IMG/VR virus record: IMGVR_UViG_3300032242_003291
Coordinates: 1 to 64,000 of that record
Strand: one strand, 5' to 3'
DNA length: 64,000 nt
Shown: positions 8,676-19,200 of the stretch, one piece after another
Layout: each line of letters opens with the position of its first letter
How positions within the stretch are numbered: the first letter of the stretch is position 1
Translations under genes and position numbers: made by a program
Notes under the pieces: model-generated
What the model saw: only the letters and a program-made list of their open reading frames with translations
Told to the model about the DNA's origin: nothing
The model's database searches: none

Positions 8676-11653
8676 TATTGATTATTACAATTTATACTTA
8701 TGTTTATCCCAACATTCAATGAAACGATATCTTTCAAGTTATTGGGTGTACAAGTTAAACTTGTTATCGTTAACGAATTACCATTAAGGAAATAAGTATA
8801 TCCATAATCATATATATTTGGTAGATATTCAATTAATGCGTTTCTCCAAGCCATATTTGTTGGTACATCAACATATCCGTATCCGCTATAAAACATTTCT
8901 TGTATAATAATATTCCCACCTATTCTTAAATCAACATACCATTCAGTTTGTGTTGAACTTTTAACACATTGGTTTAATGTTAAACCACTTGACGCTAACA
9001 TGCTATTAACCCTGTTAGCCAAAATACTATTAAAATTACTTACATCAACATCACCATTTAACCAAGGATATATGTAAAAATTAACGTACTCCGCGGCACA
9101 TGTAAAATCGAATATATTACCAATAATATAACAAGGTTCGACAGGTACTGGTATAATTTGACAACCTCTTTGTCTTCTGTAAACAAATTTTTGTTTTTGT
9201 AAGACTGAGTTTTCCATTTTAACACCTGTATTCCAAATTGTTGTTGCTGGTACCATTTGTTCAACCAACTTCATCCAATAGGGACCTAAACCATTTACGT
9301 AATCAATTAACTTTTGATATGTGTATTTGTTATTAGGTAATCCTACAGTTTGTTCTGATTCGATATACTTCCACCATATTGATTGTAATGTTGGATATCC
9401 CCCTGTTTTACCATCACTAATCCATTGTCTGTTTCTAACATTAATCATGTTCTCCCAAAATGTTTGTGAGAATTCAAAAAATGTTTTTTTCTTTGGTTCA
9501 GGATTAACGTAAGTCCAATCAAGACCACCAGGGACAGGATAACCAACAGTTAAACCTGATTCAGGTATTGGATAATCATATCTAACTGATTCATCCCATA
9601 CATCATAAACTAACCCTTGAGCTGGATTTAAGAATAAATCAACATTCTTAACGTTTAATACTAATCTTTCATCATCCACATAATAATATGCATCATAATC
9701 ACCATCAACTGAAAGTCTAATTTTATTATCTTCTTCTAACCACGACTTTTTGTTATCAACAACTTTTTGTAATTTGAATCCTTCAGTCATATAAGGGAAT
9801 TGTCTAAATCTATTCAAATAAGGCTGACCATATGTAAATGGTTGGAGTTGGGTTTGTATCGAATAATTCTGTCCTGTATATACATCTCCTGTTAATACAA
9901 CCTCATCTGGGCTTCTATGTGATGGCGTTTGTTCATACCAACCAGCACCCAATTGGAAGAAGTATGTTTCGGTGTTTACAGGTGCTTTAGGGAACCCTAA
10001 ATCATCTATAGGATAATCCGCTAATGTTATTGAAACGTCTGTGTATGTGTCTGTAGTTGTGAATGCGGTGTATGTATTACCTCTAATCTTATAAGTCGCA
10101 CCAGGTAGATAGCTTGGAGTATTTTGAACATAAGTACCTCCCGATATTTGAGCCCATTGATATGTGAATTGGTCTAAATTAATTTTTTGGTCGGCTAAAT
10201 AGATATGTTCATTATATTCAATTAATGAATCGGGTGCACCAATTAATCTTAACATAAATTCAACTGACCTTCTTGTACCTTTAGATTTGAAAAGGTATGA
10301 AGCATTCATGATTAGGTTTCTATAATATGCATAGTTAAGTTCTGTTGGTGTTAACGCTCTTGTATAACCAGGGTATGTAGGTATTGAAGTATTACCAAAT
10401 ACTGAACTTAAAAAATCTTCGTTTGTAATTGGCGAAAAATTTGAGGACCATCCTAATGTTTGTGCTAAGTTAACTAATAGTTGAGATGGTATGTCGTTCT
10501 CAGGATTGTAATTAACTGAATTCATATAAGCCAATCCATCAATAAATTGTTTAATTTGGTCAAAACTTCTACCATAAATTTGAAATATCTTTTCAACTTT
10601 TTGTCCAAGTGTATCAAATTCTTTGAGAGAATCCGTAACTAAAAATCTTGAAATTAAATTACTCTTGAATGAATCTAAATTAACCGCAATTGCTTCAAGT
10701 TGAGCTAGGTAGTCATCAAAAAGAAAAGACCTAATATCCAAATTCCAAGGGCCATCTTTCGGCCATGTAACTTGTTGATAGTCTGTGTAAAATTCACCAT
10801 TCTCAGTTTGTTGTGGGACTTGAAATACTGCAGTAAATTCGGGTTGGATTAATCTATTTAACATAAATTTTTCAACCTCGTCAAAGTCTTCAGCAAATAC
10901 TCTATCAGCAACAAAATCATTTGGTCTTATTTGAAAGTTATCGTAGATAGTTGTTGCAGTAGTACCAAATGGAGTACCTGAAACATAAAAAGCAATATAA
11001 CCTGATGATAATGTTTGAGATGGTGTAAAAGATAAAACCTTAAATATTTCACCATTAATTGCAACCGCATAGTCAAGATAGGTGTTATATAAATTTCTAT
11101 ACTTAGAAACTGTTATTTCACGTAAATTTAAATTAGTTGCAGCACTAATTGAGTAATCAATGTCAAAGGGATTGTTAATCCTATCCACATTTACTTCAAA
11201 ATAAGTTTCATCCGAAACTGAATCGTATTGGATATTAGTTGCTGTTGCACCTGTAACAAACGATAAATTTGAAAACATAATGTCCAAAGACGCTGGGAAA
11301 TAGTTGATAATTTGTGTTGCAGAAACTTGTAATCTTTTAGATAAAGAACCATACATTGAAAAGTTCAATACTTGAGATACATCGTAGTTAGGGTATACTC
11401 TAAACTGTGTTGCTAATATACTTCTACTTTCCGTTAAATTATCAATGTTCAAATCACCCAAATTAACGGGGTCTGAAAACGCACCAACATTAAATCTTCT
11501 ATCAACTTTTTCAACAACAGAAGTTGTAAAATCGAAATTACCTTGCGTAAGTCCCCCACCTTGTACAGTTTGTAAACCTACAATGTTATCTGAAAAAGTA
11601 CCAGAACCATTTCCAGGTACTGGTGGATAAAAATATTTTTTAGATGTAGCCAT
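8675..11653 (-). CDS. Baseplate wedge protein, P2 gpI-like domain, 992 aa
   Basis: LVNLAQTLGW...YLFKSKGTRRSVEFMLRLIG motif typical of Tail_P2_I-type proteins; baseplate context. Confidence 0.6.
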   Translation of the reverse strand: MATSKKYFYPPVPGNGSGTFSDNIVGLQTVQGGGLTQGNFDFTTSVVEKVDRRFNVGAFSDPVNLGDLNIDNLTESRSILATQFRVYPNYDVSQVLNFSMYGSLSKRLQVSATQIINYFPASLDIMFSNLSFVTGATATNIQYDSVSDETYFEVNVDRINNPFDIDYSISAATNLNLREITVSKYRNLYNTYLDYAVAINGEIFKVLSFTPSQTLSSGYIAFYVSGTPFGTTATTIYDNFQIRPNDFVADRVFAEDFDEVEKFMLNRLIQPEFTAVFQVPQQTENGEFYTDYQQVTWPKDGPWNLDIRSFLFDDYLAQLEAIAVNLDSFKSNLISRFLVTDSLKEFDTLGQKVEKIFQIYGRSFDQIKQFIDGLAYMNSVNYNPENDIPSQLLVNLAQTLGWSSNFSPITNEDFLSSVFGNTSIPTYPGYTRALTPTELNYAYYRNLIMNASYLFKSKGTRRSVEFMLRLIGAPDSLIEYNEHIYLADQKINLDQFTYQWAQISGGTYVQNTPSYLPGATYKIRGNTYTAFTTTDTYTDVSITLADYPIDDLGFPKAPVNTETYFFQLGAGWYEQTPSHRSPDEVVLTGDVYTGQNYSIQTQLQPFTYGQPYLNRFRQFPYMTEGFKLQKVVDNKKSWLEEDNKIRLSVDGDYDAYYYVDDERLVLNVKNVDLFLNPAQGLVYDVWDESVRYDYPIPESGLTVGYPVPGGLDWTYVNPEPKKKTFFEFSQTFWENMINVRNRQWISDGKTGGYPTLQSIWWKYIESEQTVGLPNNKYTYQKLIDYVNGLGPYWMKLVEQMVPATTIWNTGVKMENSVLQKQKFVYRRQRGCQIIPVPVEPCYIIGNIFDFTCAAEYVNFYIYPWLNGDVDVSNFNSILANRVNSMLASSGLTLNQCVKSSTQTEWYVDLRIGGNIIIQEMFYSGYGYVDVPTNMAWRNALIEYLPNIYDYGYTYFLNGNSLTITSLTCTPNNLKDIVSLNVGINISINCNNQ

Positions 11654-12561
11654 TAACTAGTTATTGTTGTGAAATTTTTACTGAAATCAATGTTATTACC
11701 TCTACTTTGTCTAACTTCATAAAGTAACGCATTAAATTGGTCTCTAATTTCGTATAAGTTATATTGTCTGTATATGTTATTTTGTGAATCGTAAATTGTG
11801 TAGATACCATCATCAATTGACTTAGTTTGATTACCGTAAAGAGCAATTGCAAGAGATGAAATATCATATTCTACCATTTCAATTTCAATTGTTACAGGAT
11901 TGAAGAAAGTATTTGTTATAATGATATTTTGGTCTGGCTGTCCAATAAAAGGAGTAGCATTTGGTTTGTTTGTTGGTGATGATGATGGTGACAAAGTTAA
12001 AAACAATAAATTAGAATCTCCGTCTACATATCTATATCTAATAGCCTTTTGTGAAGTATTAACTTCATTAGTAACCACTGGCTCACAATAAAAACAAGAA
12101 GTTACAACTCTAAAAAAATTAGGTATTTTTGTACCATCAGCATTTAGGTATTCAATCCTAAATCCAACCAATCCTTGTGGTACAAATTTATTAACATACT
12201 GTGTTGGTACATTAGCCAAATTTATAACAATACCTTTAACATTTGGTAAAGCACTTAACACTCCACAATCAGTTATTGATGTTCTTATTTGTGCTGGTCT
12301 TAAATAAAGTGTATATATACCTAACGCATTAAATTGTGTTGCGGGTAATGTTAGATTATATAATCCTCCCAAAACTTCAACACCAGCATTTCCACCTGTT
12401 TCTGAATTGTTAAAATATGGTCTTAAAATTGTTTGGGCATCTAATTTTGATAGGACAAAAGAATCGGTTACGTCTCTAGTCGCAGTATAATTCATGATAA
12501 TCTCAACATCGGCTGGACTAACATCTGAAGGTCTTATTGTACCATATGAACCTATTGCCAT
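11653..12561 (-). CDS. Hypothetical structural protein, 302 aa
   Basis: Long ORF coupled to its neighbours; TATTTAT at 12578-12584; structural cluster. Confidence 0.6.
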   Translation of the reverse strand: MAIGSYGTIRPSDVSPADVEIIMNYTATRDVTDSFVLSKLDAQTILRPYFNNSETGGNAGVEVLGGLYNLTLPATQFNALGIYTLYLRPAQIRTSITDCGVLSALPNVKGIVINLANVPTQYVNKFVPQGLVGFRIEYLNADGTKIPNFFRVVTSCFYCEPVVTNEVNTSQKAIRYRYVDGDSNLLFLTLSPSSSPTNKPNATPFIGQPDQNIIITNTFFNPVTIEIEMVEYDISSLAIALYGNQTKSIDDGIYTIYDSQNNIYRQYNLYEIRDQFNALLYEVRQSRGNNIDFSKNFTTITS

Positions 12562-12602
12562 TTGTTTTTATTTTTTAATAAATAGTTTAGTTATTTTTTT
12601 CA

Positions 12603-13700
12603 TTACTTTAATTTCTTATCAACAACATTAAAAAATCCATAACCGTAGTTAATCATATCTCCAATGTTATCAACTTCTCCAAGTCTTTGAACTCTTTCGT
12701 AAGCGCTATTCTTACCTCTCTCAACAAATACATTAGTTTGAATTTGCGGTTGGTCCATAACTTTTAACAACGCTTCATTTTTAGTGATTGGAACCGCTGT
12801 CATATTATATTGAGTCAAGCCTGAAGATTGTTCAAAAAATATTGTTGTTCCATCAATATAATCATAATAATCAATTCCTGTAATTGTATAGGCAGTAAAA
12901 ACTGGTGTTACGTTACTTATTGCACCCCATATTTGTCCATTACTTATAATAGGTAATCCAATTCTTTGTTGTATTGTTAAATTACCATATGGAGTTAATT
13001 CTGTAATCCTTGATTTAGTTAGTCCTGATATGGTGAATGGAACTGAAACATAATTAATTGATTCTTGTGGTGCAACTTCATTAACCGCATCACCCGAAAA
13101 AATGTAATTGTAGGATATTGGTGTACCAACCCAATTCCCATAAGAAGGTGCAAAGAAAGCTTCTCCTTGTGGATTATAATCTGTTACCAATTTATATGGA
13201 GTTGTAACAGTTTTAGATACAGTAGTTATCCCCCAAGGATTAACTTGTTTCATTGTTATTGTATATTGAGCATCCGCAACAGGATAAGTATGATGTAAAG
13301 AATTTGGAGTATATATTGTAATATTTTGTATTGGTGAACCATCACCCCAATCAATAGAATATGCCGACAAATCCAAGAATTTTTGAAATTGGTCAGAAGT
13401 ATTATAAACATAATATACATACGGACTTCCTGTGGTTGCCGAGAATATAAAGTTCGCAACAACATCTTTCTGTAATACAGCACCATCAAATTCTGAATAA
13501 TAACCCGCATCCACAGCTGTTTGTCTTAATAAAACAGGTACAGATAAATGGGTCATTATCGAAGAACCATTGGGTCCTGAACTAACGACTTCTGTCATCG
13601 CGGAATAAACACCAACAGCAGTCCCATTGTTATATACAACTGACAAATCACTCTTAACGTTTTCAGGTGAGACAATAAACTTATAGTAATCTTGTTCCAT
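12603..13700 (-). CDS. Structural protein with PKD-like domain, 365 aa
   Basis: YSIDWGDGS...HHTYP...YTITM matches the PKD/Ig-like signature. Confidence 0.55.
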   Translation of the reverse strand: MEQDYYKFIVSPENVKSDLSVVYNNGTAVGVYSAMTEVVSSGPNGSSIMTHLSVPVLLRQTAVDAGYYSEFDGAVLQKDVVANFIFSATTGSPYVYYVYNTSDQFQKFLDLSAYSIDWGDGSPIQNITIYTPNSLHHTYPVADAQYTITMKQVNPWGITTVSKTVTTPYKLVTDYNPQGEAFFAPSYGNWVGTPISYNYIFSGDAVNEVAPQESINYVSVPFTISGLTKSRITELTPYGNLTIQQRIGLPIISNGQIWGAISNVTPVFTAYTITGIDYYDYIDGTTIFFEQSSGLTQYNMTAVPITKNEALLKVMDQPQIQTNVFVERGKNSAYERVQRLGEVDNIGDMINYGYGFFNVVDKKLK

Positions 13701-14536
13701 TATTGTGGTGGGTTTACATATTCATACCATTTTATGGGAATGTTTGTTCCCAATCTTTGATTGTGTGTATTAAAGATTTGATAAGTTTGACTTGGGTAAT
13801 CCAACTTTACTGTATAATAAAAATATTGTGTGTTATCAAAATTATACTTACCTTGTCCTATGGATGGTAAATAAGCTTGTGGTCCATTTGTTAAATCATT
13901 CGGATTTGAACCGTGTCCTGTCATCATTTTTGTGAATTGTCCTGTCTTGGCATTATAGAATTTTGCCGTCATATAGAATGTATCAATATCTAAAAAAGTT
14001 CTTCCTTTCAACCAATAGATAAAAAATCCTTCTTTGTCACCAATAAAATCCAAAACAAACTGTGGTTTTTTAATTGATACTGTTGTTCTTTGCATTTGAG
14101 TATCCATTTTCAATCCTTGCTGTGTTGGAATTATTATTGTAATATAATTCTTTTGTCTTTTTTCATCGGGAGTGTCATATAAATCTAATTTGAAAAATGA
14201 GTTAGAAAAATCGTTAGCATAATAATATATCTCTTGTGGTGTAAATCCTTCAGATATATAATTTATTCTCCAATTGGTTATATCATCCATCGAACCTCCT
14301 GAATAAAAATAAAACTCATAGTTTGCTTGAGTATTATCAGTAGTTCCTGTAGCTGGAGCATGTGAAAATCTTGACACTTCGAAATCTCTACCAACACCAA
14401 TAACTTCGGTAATTACTTGAGTTTCGTACTCATCAATCGACATATCCATTCCTAAATAATCCCATGTTAATTGCACAGGAATATTAATTTGTTTGTTGTT
14501 TGGAACAATGTCCTGTCTAATTACAAAATTATTCAC
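13700..14536 (-). CDS. Hypothetical structural protein, 278 aa
   Basis: ORF overlapping both neighbours in the baseplate cluster. Confidence 0.55.
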   Translation of the reverse strand: MNNFVIRQDIVPNNKQINIPVQLTWDYLGMDMSIDEYETQVITEVIGVGRDFEVSRFSHAPATGTTDNTQANYEFYFYSGGSMDDITNWRINYISEGFTPQEIYYYANDFSNSFFKLDLYDTPDEKRQKNYITIIIPTQQGLKMDTQMQRTTVSIKKPQFVLDFIGDKEGFFIYWLKGRTFLDIDTFYMTAKFYNAKTGQFTKMMTGHGSNPNDLTNGPQAYLPSIGQGKYNFDNTQYFYYTVKLDYPSQTYQIFNTHNQRLGTNIPIKWYEYVNPPQ

Positions 14537-16217
14537 ACTTATCTATTAATGGTTTTATTGGTTCGTTAACCCCTGTTAAACTTTGATTAGTTCCTTCAGG
14601 AATCAAACGGAATATTGCATCGGCAAAAGGATAATGTGAAGTATTCAAATATGGATAATTCACTCCTCTTCCCAAGTTATCTTTAAACCCATAAGTATAT
14701 AGGTCTCTCCATCTAAATTGTTGGTCTGCCGATGAATAGAAAGACCAACTTGGTATTTGGTCAACAACGTTAGCTTCACCTGTTTCAATGTAGTCTGAAA
14801 AAACTCTTATGGTCATTTCATTATGTGGCATATAATAATAGCCAGGTGCATTTGTGCTCACATTTTTTGTTGTCTGAAATACACTTTCATTGTATTTTAA
14901 TTTGTGATGGTATGGAGAAACAATCCTTTCTATTTGTTCATAATCATTCCACTCACAAAAATCACCATCAATAATATCATCAGATTTCAAATTCAAATTA
15001 TAGTTGAAAGTTTTAGTTGCCCCATTTGTTTTAGTGTAAGCGGAAACTTGTATGTTAGTGTTTGAATCAATGTTATTCAAATCCCACCAACTATTAGTTG
15101 GAGTTGTAATATTAAACTCCCATCCTTGTTTCAATCCAACATTATTATTGGGTTGATTAAAATACCCTGAATATCCTTTATTAATTATAGTAAGGTAAAT
15201 TTTACTGATTGGTCTTTTTTGATTATCTCTCAAAGTTGTAAAATCTAAGTCATATGCCGATGTAATGTTATAGGCATTACTACTTGTTTTTTGTGATATT
15301 CTTGAAATATTATTTGGTGTGATTGAACTATATTCAAACTTTCTTTCTTCATTAAATACATTTTTTTCAAATCCAGCCTTTGTTACGACTATGTCTTCTA
15401 AATTAGTTAGAATTTTATGTTCCCTTATGTAATATTTTGATTTAGTCTCCATATTTGCAGGATTTATAACTCTTTTGAAAGTACCTGTAACACCATTGTT
15501 AAATGTGGTTCCTGTGTATCCAATATTCAAAACGTTAAAGACATAAACATCACTGCCAAACTGTCCATTACCTAAAGAATAAACCTGAAAAATATTTGTA
15601 TTATTATATGTTAGACTCAATTCAACATATTCACCTGTGGTTAGTCCATGAGACGCTATACATTGAAAACTAATTATTCCACTACCATCACTTGTTGAAT
15701 TTAATATAGTGAATGGAATACCCTCTTTAGCAATCCAGTTTATATTTGTATTCTTTGATGAATAATACGTTAAGTTTTTATCGTAATTGTTACTATAAGC
15801 ATAACTTAAATAATATGTCCAATTGTAGGTGTAGGCGCTTTTGGATTTATAATCAATATGTTGGTCATCAACTGGTGGTCTATAAAAATCAAATTCATAA
15901 TATTGTGGAAATCCTGGCCATGAACCACTTACGGCAGAGTTGTCAGGACTTGTGTAGTACAGATTATATTGAAAAGGTAAATAATCTGTAGTCCCAGTGT
16001 ATGTGTTCGCATATAAATAAGTCACCTTGAACGTTGGCCTAAAAACAGTAGTAGCTTGTCTTTCATCATCATAAACTTGTGATAAGTTTATCGAAGAACT
16101 TTTGTCATATTCAGTAATTTGTTGACTTGTTTGATTTAAAGAAATTGAAACTTTTTCATCAACAAATGGTGCCGACTTATACGTCAAATTACTTGGTTGA
16201 ATCGTATATTTATACAT
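14529..16217 (-). CDS. Hypothetical structural protein, 562 aa
   Basis: ORF overlapping both neighbours; Tyr/Asn/Thr-rich beta-type composition. Confidence 0.55.
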   Translation of the reverse strand: MYKYTIQPSNLTYKSAPFVDEKVSISLNQTSQQITEYDKSSSINLSQVYDDERQATTVFRPTFKVTYLYANTYTGTTDYLPFQYNLYYTSPDNSAVSGSWPGFPQYYEFDFYRPPVDDQHIDYKSKSAYTYNWTYYLSYAYSNNYDKNLTYYSSKNTNINWIAKEGIPFTILNSTSDGSGIISFQCIASHGLTTGEYVELSLTYNNTNIFQVYSLGNGQFGSDVYVFNVLNIGYTGTTFNNGVTGTFKRVINPANMETKSKYYIREHKILTNLEDIVVTKAGFEKNVFNEERKFEYSSITPNNISRISQKTSSNAYNITSAYDLDFTTLRDNQKRPISKIYLTIINKGYSGYFNQPNNNVGLKQGWEFNITTPTNSWWDLNNIDSNTNIQVSAYTKTNGATKTFNYNLNLKSDDIIDGDFCEWNDYEQIERIVSPYHHKLKYNESVFQTTKNVSTNAPGYYYMPHNEMTIRVFSDYIETGEANVVDQIPSWSFYSSADQQFRWRDLYTYGFKDNLGRGVNYPYLNTSHYPFADAIFRLIPEGTNQSLTGVNEPIKPLIDKCE

Positions 16218-19200
16218 TTACAGAATATTTTGTTTTGAATTTATCGAACGCACTCTGTCCTTTAACTAACCCAAAATAAAAATGAAATGGTGCCCCTACT
16301 AAAAAATAATTGTAGGGTGGAACGTAATTGGCATCATAACCACCAGTACCATTTATGTTGAAAATATATCCCCTTTCATAAATGTCTCCAATTTGACTAT
16401 TTGGGCTTATAAAATATTCATCTGTTAAAGCCCTTCTACTCAAAGATTGATAATTCATAGCCATAATCTGCGAACTATTTGTCTTCCAACTATTTTTCTC
16501 ATCACCAAAAATTGTTCTTGTTGAATTTCCATTATATCCCCATTTATAAAAAGGGACTTGTTGTGAAAAAATACCATAAGGATATGTTATTGCATTAACA
16601 TTTGCTGCAGGTCGGAAATCAATGACACCTGGTGTTATGAAATCTTTATCTTGTAGATTTTGTGTTGTAGAGGAAAAAAATATACCAATTGTTGGATTTG
16701 AACTACCTCCATAAACTGAAACTGGTGAATTAATAGTTCCATCAGAATCATAAAACTCTTGTGAAAACGGGACAACACCATATTCACTATTAATTGAAAG
16801 TGTTTGAGCTAAATCTCCATCCACTCTTTTTTGTGGTCTTGAGAATAATTTATCAAGCCCATTATCACCAAACGAAATTAGTTCTTTTAAAAAAGAAGAG
16901 TTTGCTATTCTTGAAATTACAAATAAATTTACCAAATCTGAAGTATCCGAAAAACTTGTAGGTGAAAGAGTATTCATTATGTATGCACGAGCCGATGGGT
17001 CAAATATTATTTCTTGATAGAATGACGCTTTGATACCTAAATTAATTATAGTTGTTGGAAATAATAATTCTCTATCGTTCAAAGGGTTGTTATCACTTCT
17101 TGGTGCTCCTTTGAAAGGTTGTGATTGGTTTACATAATACGGCGAACTTCTAAAATAAAAGTTATTTGTTTTATCATCAAAGTATACTAATTGTTTTGCA
17201 AAAACTGGTGGTAGTGGTTTGTTTTGTTTGTCGAAATAGGTGTCCACTTGGATTGGAAAAACATATAGGGTTCCGTTAACCCAGTTGTTCACAAATGATT
17301 GTGCTAAAACTCCTCGACATAAACCATAAAAAAATCTGAATCTGTATGCCCATTCTTCAAAAGCACTCAAATCTTTACCTAAATCTAACAGCGGTCTGTT
17401 TACAAGAGTATAACATCCATTTTCAATTGAATCACCAGCTTGACAACCACTACTGATACCAAACGTACCTGAATACCCACTGTAACAATTTAATCCAACC
17501 ATCTGAGAACAAACACTCAAACTTTCAACAACGTTCTGCGAATAAACTTGACCACTAATTGTTGCCGTTACAATATCAGCACCTGTACTATAAGATGAAC
17601 TTGTATATGTACCTCCATTTCCATTGTATGTGTAAACTGAAAAACCTAAATTTTGTTGTAACAAACTAACACTTCCGTTAAGATTTGGTCCGTTGTCAAT
17701 ATAATCTGACGATGGTAGTCTATCTGTCCTCATAACATTTTTATTGTATTGTGTTATATTGACTTCATTACTTCCTGTGAATTTAGGATACAAGATTGGA
17801 CTGAAATAAACATCTTTTGCTTGACCTGAAACAGCGTCATAACTATCTGAATTACACCCAAACACACTACTCAAAAAACCAACACACTGATAATATTTAT
17901 TGTAAGGATATCCATAAAGAATTGAGCCACCCGATAAATCTTCAGATAAATCATATCTATTATCTGCAACTTGTGATAAATAAAACCTGTTTGAGGTTTT
18001 GGTTATTACACCTGAAGGTGATGAAGGAGTGTTTGTTGTAAATGTGGTATCAGTGTAAACCGTTGCATTTGCATTTATTGATGAAACGTTAGAATCTAAA
18101 GCTCCGTAAAAACCTAAGTTTGGTGTTGTATATGCAGAAAAGTTATTTCCTGATTGATTTGATTGAGGAAATCCTTGTATTGTTGGTGTATATACGTATG
18201 ATGAAAAAAATATATTATTTTGATTATTATGCTGTTGTACCGTTGTTGTAGAACCATCTGGCAGTTTTTGAATTGGAATATTTAATCTTGTGCTGGCTGT
18301 AATTACAACATCATCCTCGTTTGTGTGGCCCAATATTTTACCAATACCATATTTGTTTACATATTTAGGGGAATATGGGTCAACTCCCCTTTGTAGAATC
18401 AATATTTTTTGGGCTTCAAATCCACCAAAATATTCATATGCTGCTAAATTTGAACTTTCTACAAATCTGTAACCACCATGTAGGCCATTAATATACTTGT
18501 CTATGGTACTACTTGTTGTTAATAAAGGCCATATACCATAACCTGTTCCTAATTGTGGAATTGAATATTGAGTGGTTCCATTCACAACAGTCTTTGTAAT
18601 AGTAATCGCCGTAAGGACTTGGTAATATTCTATGTCTGAGGGATATACATATCTTTGACAAGATTCCCCATAATCAACAATTCTATAATCACCCGTAGCT
18701 GAAATGTTTGTGGTGTTAATACAATTAACATTTGAGATAGTCTGTGTTGTACCCGCTATCAAAGTAACTGTATGTGCCGAACCAGAACAGTCTTGATAAG
18801 TTAAAACACCGTTTGTTATAACATCCACAGTAAAACTAACTACACAGTCGGTTTGACCTGATGGTAACAAGTAACTTACTGATGTATCTGTCGTTTGACT
18901 TGTAGCATATTTTACATCAATCTGAAATGGTTTATTTTTCAAGGTACCATTTATACCATTTAATAAAACTCCACCTGATTCACTTTGTCCTGTCCATAAA
19001 TAATTTTTATCTTTACTCAAACTTGGAGAAACAAAACTTAATAAATCCCCTGGTTGTGCATCTACTGCCGACAATACAGTTAATGTGTTGTCGTAGTGAC
19101 TAACCATATTTTGATTAGATGCAAAAGTAACTTTTATTTTATTAACCCCTTGGAAATATTTGTTTCTTAAATTGAAAACATTAATTCTTTCCCCTATTGG